Sequence record: SRR20825006_443 | Strand: one strand, 5' to 3' | Length of the DNA stretch: 44,487 nucleotides | Shown: in pieces, positions 19,165 to 28,508 of the stretch | Numbering within the stretch: the first letter of the stretch is position 1 | Layout: each line of letters starts with the position of its first letter | Notes under the pieces: model-generated | The model's input: only the letters and a program-made list of their open reading frames with translations | Told to the model about the DNA's origin: nothing | Databases searched by the model: none | Position numbers and translations under genes: made by a program

Positions 19165-20277
19165 TCAGAATTGATCAACAATGACGTGAGAGCGCATTTC
19201 TGCCTTTGCCAGCTGCTCCGTTGACAGGGTTTCAAGAAAGTTTTCCATCTCAGGCGTGTCGAGACCCGCGCGTTTGGCCCGCAGATAGAACGTCGCGGCG
19301 GCCACCTGATCAACAGGCGTTCCAATACCATTCTTGTAAAGATAAGCGAGCTTGCTTGCAGCTGCCGGATTTCCCTTCAGTGCGGCACGGTGCATCCAGT
19401 CAAAACCGGCACCAAGATCACTGGGCATTCCATCGCCATTGATCAACTTCAGGGCAAGTTCAAGTTGCGCAGTTACATGCTCGTCTTCCGCAGCGCGCTG
19501 AAGCCAGAAAAGCGCTTCGCGCTGATCCTGTTGCGTTGCGCCTTCCAGCGCCGGATAAATCTGCGAGAGCGCATATTCTGCATCCGGAACGGCGGCGACA
19601 GCGGCTTTTTCAAACCATGGCAAGGCGAGCTTCAGCCCTTCCGGACCGGGATTTTGCTGAAGCAGAAGATTGGCATAATTGAACTGAGCTGTCGCATTTC
19701 CAGCTTCGGCCGCTTCCTTGATCAGTCTTTTTCCTTCAGCCACTTTCTCCTCTTCGTCCGAAGACAAAAGAGACATTCCGTAACGATTGACCGCCCATGG
19801 CTGACCGCTGTCGGCCGCCATGCGGTACCACTCAATCGGCTTTCCGGCGCGTTTCTCGGCTATAAAGTCCCTCTCGATCATCTCCGCGATCAACGTATCC
19901 GCAGCGGGATCGCCCTTGTGAGCACGAACCATCGCCGCCTGATAGGCAGCCTCGAAATACCCGCGCTGATAAAGTCCGTAAGCAAGATCGATCGGACCGG
20001 TATATTTTTTTTCAGGCGGCAGATCGGGTAAATCACTGTCAATCGGCCCGGAAAATTCCAGAAAGTACGCCGAGCGGCTCTGCTGAGCAGATTGATCGAT
20101 CTCGTCCGGCGGCACTAACCGCCCGCCTTTTTCAACGTCACTCTGTGACCCGATCAGACTTTCAGAGACCGGCATACGGACATCCGCCTGGGCGAAGGCA
20201 TCCGAGGCGACAGAAGCCGGAACGAAAAGCATGAAGAGCAGCGCGGCGCAGGAAGATCGGGTCATAGGCCTTATCAA
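19165..20277 (-). CDS. Secreted Sel1-repeat (TPR-like) protein
   Basis: Signal peptide ending AFA; repeated WYRMAA, WFEKAA, WLQRAA and WMHRAA Sel1 units. Start TTG 20277 or ATG 20265. Confidence 0.85.
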   Translation of the reverse strand: MIRPMTRSSCAALLFMLFVPASVASDAFAQADVRMPVSESLIGSQSDVEKGGRLVPPDEIDQSAQQSRSAYFLEFSGPIDSDLPDLPPEKKYTGPIDLAYGLYQRGYFEAAYQAAMVRAHKGDPAADTLIAEMIERDFIAEKRAGKPIEWYRMAADSGQPWAVNRYGMSLLSSDEEEKVAEGKRLIKEAAEAGNATAQFNYANLLLQQNPGPEGLKLALPWFEKAAVAAVPDAEYALSQIYPALEGATQQDQREALFWLQRAAEDEHVTAQLELALKLINGDGMPSDLGAGFDWMHRAALKGNPAAASKLAYLYKNGIGTPVDQVAAATFYLRAKRAGLDTPEMENFLETLSTEQLAKAEMRSHVIVDQF

Positions 20278-20927
20278 GATTCAAACCGTGGCGCTTTTTC
20301 GTCAAGCGCCGCATTGATTTGTGCGACCATTGCCGCCGGGCCGTCCGGAGCCTCGAAAACGGCACGTCCAAGCGCAACAAACTCTGCCCATGTCTCAGCC
20401 ACTTCAACGGCACTGGCCGGTTCACTGCCTCCCATGACGATGCAGGGAATCTCAACAATCGACGCCCACCACTCGCCAAGCTCAAGATTTTTCGGATGTG
20501 TGTTGGCGTGGGTGTCACCGTCCAGAAGACCGAAGAACACATAGTCCGGGTTCGCCTCACCAATCTGGAGTGCCTGGTGCCGTTCTTTGGGATGACCACC
20601 GCCGACGATCATGCGCGGATGAAAACGCTCGATGGCATCGACGATTTCCTCTATTCCGCCTTCCACATGGACCCCGTCTGCCTTCACGCGACCGGTAACA
20701 CGCGTATCTCCGGCAATCAGCGCAGCAGCATCATAGTTCTGGATCAATGGTACAATGCGTTCGGCACGATCCTGAAAGGCGTCGAAGGTTTCGCCATACT
20801 GTGGCAGAATAACCGAGGCCACGTCGCCGCCGCGCAGAGCATCACCCAGGAGCTTCTCCTGCGCCTTCACGTCTTCCACCTGCGGTGCGATAAGAACCAG
20901 ACGGCAGCGTTCCTGTTCGGATTCCAT
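20274..20927 (-). CDS. Thiamine-phosphate synthase (ThiE/TenI)-fold protein, degenerate
   Basis: RLVLI, ADGVHV, DYVFFG, EIPCIVMGG and AEFVALGRAVF TIM-barrel pattern. SD GGAGG precedes ATG 20927. Confidence 0.75.
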   Translation of the reverse strand: MESEQERCRLVLIAPQVEDVKAQEKLLGDALRGGDVASVILPQYGETFDAFQDRAERIVPLIQNYDAAALIAGDTRVTGRVKADGVHVEGGIEEIVDAIERFHPRMIVGGGHPKERHQALQIGEANPDYVFFGLLDGDTHANTHPKNLELGEWWASIVEIPCIVMGGSEPASAVEVAETWAEFVALGRAVFEAPDGPAAMVAQINAALDEKAPRFES

Positions 20928-21066
20928 TTGATAGCCTCCCTGTTTTGTGGCGCGAAACGGCAGCCTCGCCATTTCCCGATAAATCCGTTAGAGCGGACTT
21001 TCAACATATGCGTTGATCATCGTTCCCGAGCAACGCATTTCGTCAACTTAACAAACCTGAAACACA

Positions 21067-21825
21067 ATGCTTCCAGACCTGACCTTTTATGCCGCCGCCA
21101 TTCCTGCCGTCATCCTCGTCGGCCTGACAAAGGGCGGCATGGGCGGTGCGCTTGCGCTGCTCGGCGTGCCGATCATGACCTTTGCCGTCGATCCGGCAAC
21201 CGCTGCTGCCATCCTGCTGCCGATCCTTGTCGTCATGGATGGCGTTGCTTTGTGGTCCTGGCGACATAATACACACTGGCCAACACTTCTCTATCTCATG
21301 CCGGGTGCACTGATCGGGACGGCGCTGGGTTGGTATACCTTCTCAACGGTCCCCTTTGATCTGACACGACTTCTCGTCGGTGTCGTGACGGTCGTATTTG
21401 CGGGAAAATATTTCTTCGACATGCTACGGCCCGGGGAGAAGACGGAAAAGCCACCAGCCGGACAACGCCCTGTCGCCGGAACGATCTGGGGCACCGTGGC
21501 CGGTTATACGAGCTTTATCTCGCATTCGGGCGGACCGCCCTATCAGATTTACACATTGCCGCTGAAGCTTGATCCCAGATCTTACACCGGCGCCAGCGTA
21601 CGCTTCTTTGCGATCATCAACGCCATCAAGCTGTTTCCGTATTATCAACTGGGTGAATTGAAGGCGCCGAACCTGATCGCTTCGGCGAGCCTTCTTCCTG
21701 TTGCCATCGTTTCCACAGTGATCGGAGCACTCGTGATCAAGCGAATGCGCATGGATGTATTTTACCCGTTCATGTATGCCATGGCATTTCTGGCGGGCCT
21801 GAAACTGGTCTTCGACGGACTTTGA
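21067..21825 (+). CDS. TauE/SafE (TSUP) sulfite-exporter family membrane protein
   Basis: GLTKGGMGG, LLPIL..MD, SFISHSGGPPYQIY; about 8 TM segments. Confidence 0.85.
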   Translation: MLPDLTFYAAAIPAVILVGLTKGGMGGALALLGVPIMTFAVDPATAAAILLPILVVMDGVALWSWRHNTHWPTLLYLMPGALIGTALGWYTFSTVPFDLTRLLVGVVTVVFAGKYFFDMLRPGEKTEKPPAGQRPVAGTIWGTVAGYTSFISHSGGPPYQIYTLPLKLDPRSYTGASVRFFAIINAIKLFPYYQLGELKAPNLIASASLLPVAIVSTVIGALVIKRMRMDVFYPFMYAMAFLAGLKLVFDGL

Positions 21826-21835
21826 ACGAAGAGGT

Positions 21836-22102
21836 TTATTCTTCGTCCTCGGGTGCGCGAATCATGCCGAGCGCAACCATGTAAGTGTCGAGGATGGCTT
21901 CTTCTTCCATACGCTCCTGTTCGTCCTTCTTGCGCAGTGCGATGATTTTTCTCAAAGCCTTGGTATCGAAACCGGTTGCCTTGGCTTCGCCGTATACGTC
22001 CTTGATGTCGTCGGCGATGGTTTTCTTTTCTTCTTCGAGGCGCTCGACCCGCTCGATGAACGAGCGCAGCTGATCGCGCGCAACGCCGTGTGCGTCAGAC
22101 AT
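21836..22102 (-). CDS. gapR: DUF2312 nucleoid-associated protein GapR
   Basis: [42 protein letters not shown] precedes ATG 22102. Confidence 0.9.
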   Translation of the reverse strand: MSDAHGVARDQLRSFIERVERLEEEKKTIADDIKDVYGEAKATGFDTKALRKIIALRKKDEQERMEEEAILDTYMVALGMIRAPEDEE

Positions 22103-22189
22103 ATTGATCTCCTGTTCAAACGGAAATTTAAGGTGCTCCTGCCTGCCGTGAAGTGCGGCAAAGGTCAAGATCGGTTACGGTTCTATATA

Positions 22190-22495
22190 TCATTCGCGCG
22201 GTTTGTTCACGGCAAATTGGGTTTTCTGGTCGGCATTGGCTTCTTTCTGGTAGCGCGCCTTCCACTCGGAATAATCCATCCCATAGATCACCTGTCGCGA
22301 TTCGTCTTTCGTTATCTGAAAGCCCTGTTCTTCTGCTGCGTCGCGATACCAGTTCGAAAGGCAATTGCGGCAAAAACCTGCAAGGCTCATCATATCGATG
22401 TTCTGAACATCCGTACGGTCGCGCAGATGCGCCACCAGGCGCCTGAAAGCCGCAGCTTCCAGATTACGTTTGTCCTCTTCGTTCAATGCACTCAC
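22190..22495 (-). CDS. DUF1244 family protein
   Basis: EAAAFRRLV.HL, DVQNIDMM.LAGFCRNCLSNWY, YGM.YSEWK. Confidence 0.85.
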   Translation of the reverse strand: MSALNEEDKRNLEAAAFRRLVAHLRDRTDVQNIDMMSLAGFCRNCLSNWYRDAAEEQGFQITKDESRQVIYGMDYSEWKARYQKEANADQKTQFAVNKPRE

Positions 22496-22518
22496 AAGCC
22501 TCTCCCTAACGTAATAAC

Positions 22519-23298
22519 TCAGACTCTGGACGGAAAATACCGGACTTCGTGCAAAGTCTCATCGGCATTCAAGGTGGCGAAAATAGGTTCAATAAGACCA
22601 GCCCAGTGCTCAATACCCTGATCATCGGCCAGAAGATCCTGACGCACCTCCAAAAGAGCATGTGCGACACCCCGCATCATGCAGTGCCGGTTCATCGTAT
22701 CCCCTTTCAATGCGCCGGTGTAGGGTTCGTTCTCACCGACAACCAAGCCATCACATTCTGAAAGTGCCGAAATCAGCGGACGGACAGCGCGCGGGTCACC
22801 ATCCCACAGAACACCGGCATGCCATGGCCGCACCTGATTTTTCCAGACCGGCGTGAATGAATGCAGAGAAAAGACCACAGGGGGCTTTCCGGTGGCTTTG
22901 ACGACTCGTGCAATCGTCTCATCAATCGCATTGTGATAAGGCCGGTGAAAATACTCGATCCTTTTTTTTCTTTCTTGTGGTGAAAGCGGGTGGTTGGCAG
23001 GAATAATCTGACCGTCCGAAATCTTCATGATAAGGGTCGGATCATCCTCTCCACGGTTGGGATCAATCAGGAGACGGGAGAAAGTTGACATGACAGCCGG
23101 ACACTGAAGCCGCGCAGACAATGCACGTGTCAGCTTTTCAATTCCGATATCATAGGCTATGTGACGGTGGAAAACACCGGCATCCAGCCCGAGATCGCCA
23201 TAATTTTCAGGCACATGAGCCATGGCGTGATCACCCAGGAGGACTATACCAGTGTCATATTTTCCGTCTATTATCTCAAAAGCGTTGACGTTCGGCAT
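22519..23298 (-). CDS. N-formylglutamate amidohydrolase family protein
   Basis: DHA, HIAYDIG, FSRLLIDPNR, PYH, SLHSFTP, NEPY, LLEVRQDL. ATG 23298. Confidence 0.85.
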   Translation of the reverse strand: MPNVNAFEIIDGKYDTGIVLLGDHAMAHVPENYGDLGLDAGVFHRHIAYDIGIEKLTRALSARLQCPAVMSTFSRLLIDPNRGEDDPTLIMKISDGQIIPANHPLSPQERKKRIEYFHRPYHNAIDETIARVVKATGKPPVVFSLHSFTPVWKNQVRPWHAGVLWDGDPRAVRPLISALSECDGLVVGENEPYTGALKGDTMNRHCMMRGVAHALLEVRQDLLADDQGIEHWAGLIEPIFATLNADETLHEVRYFPSRV

Positions 23299-23476
23299 GG
23301 ATATCCGTCGCGGAATTAACGATAATGCGGGTGATGACATGGAGTCGGTGTATTCGGCAAGCCGCATTCGTGCCATAAACTCGCCCTTAGCCGGGCGACA
23401 TGATAAGGGGCTTTACAATCAATTGTGCGCACTGACATTCTCCCAAGGGTCAATGCGAACCAAGATAAAGACACCT

Positions 23477-23986
23477 ATGCCTTTGAAGACAGATCGAATC
23501 CTGGTTGACAGCAACCGCCGCATAAAACGCAAAAAGAGCATCCGCGCTGGAACGGCCGGTGCTTTCATTTTATTCGGCGCTGTCATAGTCGCGGGCCTCG
23601 CACCACCACGTCAGGCGCACGCCGAATTTCGCGTCTGCAACGACACGGCCAATCTGGTCGGCGTCGCGGTCGGCTACCGTGATCGTGATGGATGGATTTC
23701 TGAAGGGTGGTGGCAACTGCCGGCCACGACCTGCGCAACGGTCGTCCCCGGCCCCTTGAAATCACGCTATTACTACCTCTACGCCGAAGATGCATCCGGA
23801 AGCGGGCGCTGGACCGGCTACACCAATATGTGCGTTGCCGAAGACGAATTCAAAATCGTTGGCATCGATGACTGCTTCGTACGCGGTTACCAACAGATGG
23901 GTTTTAGCGAATACGACACAGGGCGGGAAGAAAGCTGGACGGTCCAGCTCTCGGACAAGCCCAGCACCCAAGAGAGTCAGAACTGA
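23477..23986 (+). CDS. DUF1036 family exported protein
   Basis: Signal ending AHA followed by FRVCN, WISEGWW, YYLYAED and GFSEYDTG. Start uncertain (23453 or 23477). Confidence 0.78.
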   Translation: MPLKTDRILVDSNRRIKRKKSIRAGTAGAFILFGAVIVAGLAPPRQAHAEFRVCNDTANLVGVAVGYRDRDGWISEGWWQLPATTCATVVPGPLKSRYYYLYAEDASGSGRWTGYTNMCVAEDEFKIVGIDDCFVRGYQQMGFSEYDTGREESWTVQLSDKPSTQESQN

Positions 23987-25425
23987 TGAGACGTTATAGA
24001 AAAGTAAAAATTCTCGCCACACTTGGTCCCGCCTCGTCGGAGGAAGAGCAGATCCAGGCACTCCATGAAGCAGGCGCCGACCTCTTCCGCATTAATATGA
24101 GCCATGCCAGCCACGACGTGATGCGCACGCTGATCAAGCGTATCCGTAATGTCGAAGCGCGTTGTGGACGCCCTATCGGCGTTCTGTGCGATCTTCAGGG
24201 GCCCAAACTTCGGGTCGGCAAGTTTATGGACGGCAAGGTCGAACTTGAGCTTGGCCAGACATTCACGCTTGATGACAACGAAGAACCGGGTAATGAAAAG
24301 CGCGTATTTCTGCCGCACCCGGAAATTCTGCAGTCGGTTCAGCCAGGTCACCGCCTGCTGATCGACGACGGAAAGCTACAATTGCGGGCGGAAAAATGTG
24401 ACGGAAAAAGCATTGAGTGTACTGTTATCGCTGGCACTACGATTTCCGACCGCAAGGGCGTCTCGCTGCCCGATACGCTGCTCGGCGTCGGTGCCTTGAC
24501 GGAAAAGGACCGCGCTGACCTGGATGCTGTCCTGGAAACCGGCGATGCCGACTGGATCGCTCTTTCCTTCGTTCAGCGGCCTGATGACCTTGCTGAAGTC
24601 CGCAAGATTGCCCGCGGTCAGGTTGGCCTTATGTCGAAGATCGAAAAGCCGCAGGCTATCGAACGAATCGACGAAATCATCGAAATGAGTGACGCTTTGA
24701 TGGTCGCCCGTGGTGACCTCGGCGTCGAGATGCCGCTGGAAGCTGTTCCCGGCCTGCAGAAAAAGCTCATCCGCGCCTGCCGTGCCGCAGGCAAGCCGGT
24801 CGTTGTTGCAACGCAGATGCTGGAATCGATGATCACCTCGCCGGTCCCGACCCGTGCCGAAGTTTCCGACGTCGCCACTGCCGTTTTCGAAGGCGCAGAT
24901 GCCGTTATGCTGTCAGCCGAATCGGCTGCCGGTCAGTATCCGGTCGAAGCCGTAAAAACCATGGCCTCGGTTGCCCGCACGATCGAACACGAGAACCTTT
25001 ATCCCAACATCCTCCATGCCCAGCGTCCGCAGCCGGAAGCAACGGGTGCCGACGCCATCTCACTGGCTTCGCGTGAAATCGCCGAAACGCTGAAGCTCTC
25101 CGCCCTGGTCTGCTACACCGCATCCGGTACGACCGGCCTGCGCGCAGCGCGCGAACGCCCGAATGTTCCGATCATCGCGCTTTCGCCCGTTGTAAAGACA
25201 GCGCGCCGTCTTTCCGTGGTCTGGGGGCTGCACTGTGTGGTTGCCGATGAACCGACCGACCTCGACAGCATGGTCGATGGCGCCTGCCGCATCGTTGTTG
25301 ACGAGGAATATGGCAAACCGGGTGACCGGATCATCATTTCCGCCGGTGTTCCTTTGGGCACACCTGGCGCAACCAATATGCTGCGGATTGCCTATATCGG
25401 CATGGATGGCCGCTCCGGCGTCTGA
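23986..25425 (+). CDS. pyk: Pyruvate kinase
   Basis: KILATLGPAS, FRINMSH, DLQGPKLR, KIE, MVARGDLGVE, ATQMLESM, PTRAEVSD, MLSAESA. Confidence 0.97.
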   Translation: MRRYRKVKILATLGPASSEEEQIQALHEAGADLFRINMSHASHDVMRTLIKRIRNVEARCGRPIGVLCDLQGPKLRVGKFMDGKVELELGQTFTLDDNEEPGNEKRVFLPHPEILQSVQPGHRLLIDDGKLQLRAEKCDGKSIECTVIAGTTISDRKGVSLPDTLLGVGALTEKDRADLDAVLETGDADWIALSFVQRPDDLAEVRKIARGQVGLMSKIEKPQAIERIDEIIEMSDALMVARGDLGVEMPLEAVPGLQKKLIRACRAAGKPVVVATQMLESMITSPVPTRAEVSDVATAVFEGADAVMLSAESAAGQYPVEAVKTMASVARTIEHENLYPNILHAQRPQPEATGADAISLASREIAETLKLSALVCYTASGTTGLRAARERPNVPIIALSPVVKTARRLSVVWGLHCVVADEPTDLDSMVDGACRIVVDEEYGKPGDRIIISAGVPLGTPGATNMLRIAYIGMDGRSGV

Positions 25426-25443
25426 TGCAGACAACATATGTTG

Positions 25444-25471
25444 AAAAAGGCGGCCACAGGCCGCCTTTTTT
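25444..25471. terminator. Bidirectional intrinsic terminator between pyk and yhhQ
   Basis: AAAAAGGCGGCC-aca-GGCCGCCTTTTTT. Confidence 0.85.
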
Positions 25472-25544
25472 ATATAAGTCAAAGCCCGGAAAGCATCACC
25501 TGACCGGGCCTTTTCAGTTCTCTCGTGAATGCGACAAGAGCGCT

Positions 25545-26186
25545 TCAGATTGTCCGGTCGACCGGGCGCATCGGCTTCAGAATGCTCATCAGCGCGCCAT
25601 AGGGCAGAAGCATGATCAGGCTGAAGGCCAGCTTCACCGACAGGTCACCAAGCCCCCAGGAGATCCAACGCGGAACGTCCAGCACCGGAAACACACCAAA
25701 AAGCGGTGCAACACCAAGTGCGAACGCATCATTCGGGCCGATAAAAGCAAAGATTGCGGCAAAACTGATCGAAAAGAACAGCACCGTATCCAGAATCGAG
25801 CCACAGAACGAACCGACCAGCGGCGCTTTCCACCAGCTTTGGCGGCGCAGATGATTGAAAAGCGTCACATCGAGCAACTGCCCAACCAGAAAGGCCGTGC
25901 CTGAAGCAATCGCGATTCGCGGCACAGACGCATAGAAGGAAAATGCAACGCCAATCGCAAAGCCAACGAAAACCACTTTGCGGGCCGCAGAAGGTCCAAA
26001 CTGGCGGTTGGTCAGGTCATTGACGAGGAAGGCAAGTGGATAGGTAAAGGCGCCCCATGTCAAAAGATCCGCGAGAGAAACACCATAAAGGCTTCCCTGA
26101 ACAGGATATTGAACAAGAATGTTTGAGGCGAGAACAACACCTGCCATCAGCAGGCTGTAAATGAGAACAGACGATGACTGTCGCAT
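25545..26186 (-). CDS. yhhQ: Queuosine precursor (preQ0/preQ1) transporter, VUT/YhhQ family
   Basis: VLASNILVQ, TWGAFTYPLAFLVNDL, AFLVGQLLDV.LF..LR, DTVLFFSISF and GDLSVK. ATG at 26186. Confidence 0.85.
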   Translation of the reverse strand: MRQSSSVLIYSLLMAGVVLASNILVQYPVQGSLYGVSLADLLTWGAFTYPLAFLVNDLTNRQFGPSAARKVVFVGFAIGVAFSFYASVPRIAIASGTAFLVGQLLDVTLFNHLRRQSWWKAPLVGSFCGSILDTVLFFSISFAAIFAFIGPNDAFALGVAPLFGVFPVLDVPRWISWGLGDLSVKLAFSLIMLLPYGALMSILKPMRPVDRTI

Positions 26187-26212
26187 TTTTTTATCCTGGG
26201 TTATGCCACCAG
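26183..26212 (-). ncRNA. Candidate preQ1 class I-like riboswitch overlapping the yhhQ SD and start codon
   Basis: CUGG-U-GGCAUAA-C-CCAG-GAUAAAAAA-AUGC: short stem, U...AAC loop, A-rich tail, and loop GCAU complementary to AUGC. Directly upstream of a preQ transporter. Confidence 0.55.
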
Positions 26213-26221
26213 CGGCGTTAG

Positions 26222-26257
26222 AAACAGAAAGAGCCATTCCGCAAGGCGGACGGCTCT
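26222..26257 (-). terminator. Intrinsic terminator after rpmB
   Basis: Minus strand AGAGCCGTCCGC-ctt-GCGGAATGGCTCT followed by TTCTGTTT. Confidence 0.7.
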
Positions 26258-26283
26258 CCCAGACGATTTATTTGCCTTGAAAA

Positions 26284-26580
26284 TCAGGCAGCGGCGTTTT
26301 CAGCCGTCTTCTTGATGATTTCCTTGCGCAGGATTCGGGCGCGGGAAGAAAGCTCATTGTCGCTTGCCTTCAGGAGAAAAGCATCAAGTCCACCACGGTG
26401 CTCAACCGAACGCAGCGCAGCTGCAGAAACCCGGAGCTTGTAGCTCAGGCCCGTTACTTCGGACATCAGCGTAACGCGGCAAAGGTTCGGGAGAAACTTG
26501 CGGCGGGTCTTGTTGTTGGCGTGGCTGACATTGTTGCCGGACAGCACGCCCTTACCAGTCAATTCACACGTGCGGGACAT
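26284..26580 (-). CDS. rpmB: 50S ribosomal protein L28
   Basis: [10 protein letters not shown]...[19 protein letters not shown]...GGLDAFL. Confidence 0.97.
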   Translation of the reverse strand: MSRTCELTGKGVLSGNNVSHANNKTRRKFLPNLCRVTLMSEVTGLSYKLRVSAAALRSVEHRGGLDAFLLKASDNELSSRARILRKEIIKKTAENAAA

Positions 26581-26671
26581 GATTTCACCTATTCTCGTCT
26601 TCAGCCAACGGCCCTCAACGGGACAACCAAATCCCGCGATCCAATTGGCAGATAATTGGAAAGTTGCGGTT

Positions 26672-26700
26672 CTATAGTCTCATGCCCGGTGGAGGTCAAG
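26672..26700 (-). promoter_or_regulatory. Sigma70 promoter of rpmB
   Basis: Minus strand CTTGAC-N17-CTATAG, matching the rhizobial RpoD consensus CTTGAC-N17-CTATAT. Confidence 0.75.
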
Positions 26701-26785
26701 GCAAAGGTCCGTTTTTTCGCGAAGCGCATATAAATTCGCGCTGTTTTTTTATTTCCCTGTTAGGGGTACAGTTTAGCAACAATGT

Positions 26786-27589
26786 ATGTTCATGCCGATT
26801 CAGGATAGCCAGATGCGTAAAACCGCCATTTATTGTATGACCGTGCTCTTGATGTATCTGGCCGGAACCTCGGCTGCCAGTGCTGAGGATATCAGCCAGG
26901 AGACGGTCTATACGCTTTCGTTTTCCGGGATACGAATTGCCAATGCCGCTTTCAACACGACCTTGAAGGACGGGAAATATACCATCGCTGCCGATATCAA
27001 GGCCGCCGGGATCGGTAATCTTTTCTCCGATATCGACGTCGATGTGAAAGCCGAAGGCATCTGGAAGAACAACACACCGGAAACCCGGCAGTTCACGCTG
27101 AAATACCGCGATGGCGACTATGCCCGCGATTATGCGGCGACCTTTTCCCGCAATCGCGTCACAAGTACCGAAATCATCCCCGAACGAGGCAGCTATGGTC
27201 CGGACTGGGTCGAGGTCGAATCACGCCACCTGCGCAATGTGATCGATCCGGTTTCCGCACTTCTGCTGCCTGCTTCGGATAATCCCTGCTATGGCTCCAT
27301 CGCGATCTTCGACGGTGAAACCCGGCTTGACCTGCAACTGGCTCCCGTTGGTAGCCGTCCGTTTTCCACCACCGGTTTTTCCGGCCGTGCCATCGGATGT
27401 GCCGTTCGCTTTCAGCCTATCGCCGGATATGAGCGCAAGGATGACGATATTGAATATCTCGCCAACACCCGTGAACTGGTCATCTGGTTTGCGTTAAACG
27501 ACGAACTGAACGTGTTTGCACCCGTTATGGCCAAAATTCCTCTGAAAATCGGGGAGCTGACGATTTACGCCTCGAAGTTCGGCGTTTGA
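26786..27589 (+). CDS. DUF3108 family exported protein
   Basis: Signal ending ASA, IDPVSA, IFDGETR, C.VRFQPIAG and a beta-rich pattern. Start 26786, 26792 or 26813. Confidence 0.7.
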   Translation: MFMPIQDSQMRKTAIYCMTVLLMYLAGTSAASAEDISQETVYTLSFSGIRIANAAFNTTLKDGKYTIAADIKAAGIGNLFSDIDVDVKAEGIWKNNTPETRQFTLKYRDGDYARDYAATFSRNRVTSTEIIPERGSYGPDWVEVESRHLRNVIDPVSALLLPASDNPCYGSIAIFDGETRLDLQLAPVGSRPFSTTGFSGRAIGCAVRFQPIAGYERKDDDIEYLANTRELVIWFALNDELNVFAPVMAKIPLKIGELTIYASKFGV

Positions 27590-27617
27590 TTCGCCCCCTC
27601 CCTTCCAGCAAGCAGAT

Positions 27618-28508
27618 GTGAGGCGAGCCATGGGCGCCACACTAACCGGATTTTCAGCTGTCGTGATGTGGTCGTTTCTGGCGCTGTTTACAGCGGCCTC
27701 CGGTGATGTTCCACCGTTCCAGCTGTCAGCCATCGCCTTTGCCATTGCAAGCTTGCCCGGCGTCGCTGTTCTGATTGCAAAACCTGAACGCCGGCATCTT
27801 TTGCGCCAGCCACCAAAAGTCTGGATCGCCGGCATTGGCGGCCTTTTCGGCTATCACTTTCTTTATTTTACAGCGCTTCGAAACGCACCGGCAGTCGATG
27901 CCGGGCTGATCGCTTATCTCTGGCCCCTGCTGATTGTCGTCGGTTCAGCTCTTTTGCCGGGGGAAAAGCTGCGCGCCCACCATGTTTTCGGTGCACTCGC
28001 TGGCTTTGCCGGAACCGCAATTCTGGTGACCCGTGGCGGTGGGCTGACACTGAGCGGAGAATATAGTCTTGGTTACGCGGCGGCCTTTCTCTGCGCTTTT
28101 ACCTGGTCCGGCTACTCGCTGATTTCACGCTCATTTTCCAGGGTTTCAACGGATGTGGTCACCGGATTCTGCCTTGCCACATCGCTGCTTTCTCTTATTT
28201 GTCATTTACTGCTGGAGACGACCGTCTGGCCCGACAGTGCTGGCGAGTGGCTGGCCATTGCCGGCCTTGGCCTGTTTCCTGTTGGCCTTGCATTCTATGC
28301 ATGGGATTTCGGCGTCAAGAAGGGCAATATTCAGGTGCTTGGTGCGGCAAGCTATGCCGCCCCCCTGCTCTCAACCATCATCCTGATTGCATTTCACTTC
28401 GGGGAGCCGGGCTGGCGCGTGATTGTTGCCTGTCTGCTGATCACCGGCGGCGCAGCGCTCGCCGCCCGTGACATCATCTTCAAAGGACACGCGCGACGAG
28501 AGGAATGA
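27618..28508 (+). CDS. EamA-family transporter, YddG-like
   Basis: ATLTGFSAVVMWS.LA, PPFQL, GLFGYHFLYF.ALR.AP, YLWPLLIV, WDFGVKKG, SYAAPLLST. Confidence 0.85.
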   Translation: MRRAMGATLTGFSAVVMWSFLALFTAASGDVPPFQLSAIAFAIASLPGVAVLIAKPERRHLLRQPPKVWIAGIGGLFGYHFLYFTALRNAPAVDAGLIAYLWPLLIVVGSALLPGEKLRAHHVFGALAGFAGTAILVTRGGGLTLSGEYSLGYAAAFLCAFTWSGYSLISRSFSRVSTDVVTGFCLATSLLSLICHLLLETTVWPDSAGEWLAIAGLGLFPVGLAFYAWDFGVKKGNIQVLGAASYAAPLLSTIILIAFHFGEPGWRVIVACLLITGGAALAARDIIFKGHARREE

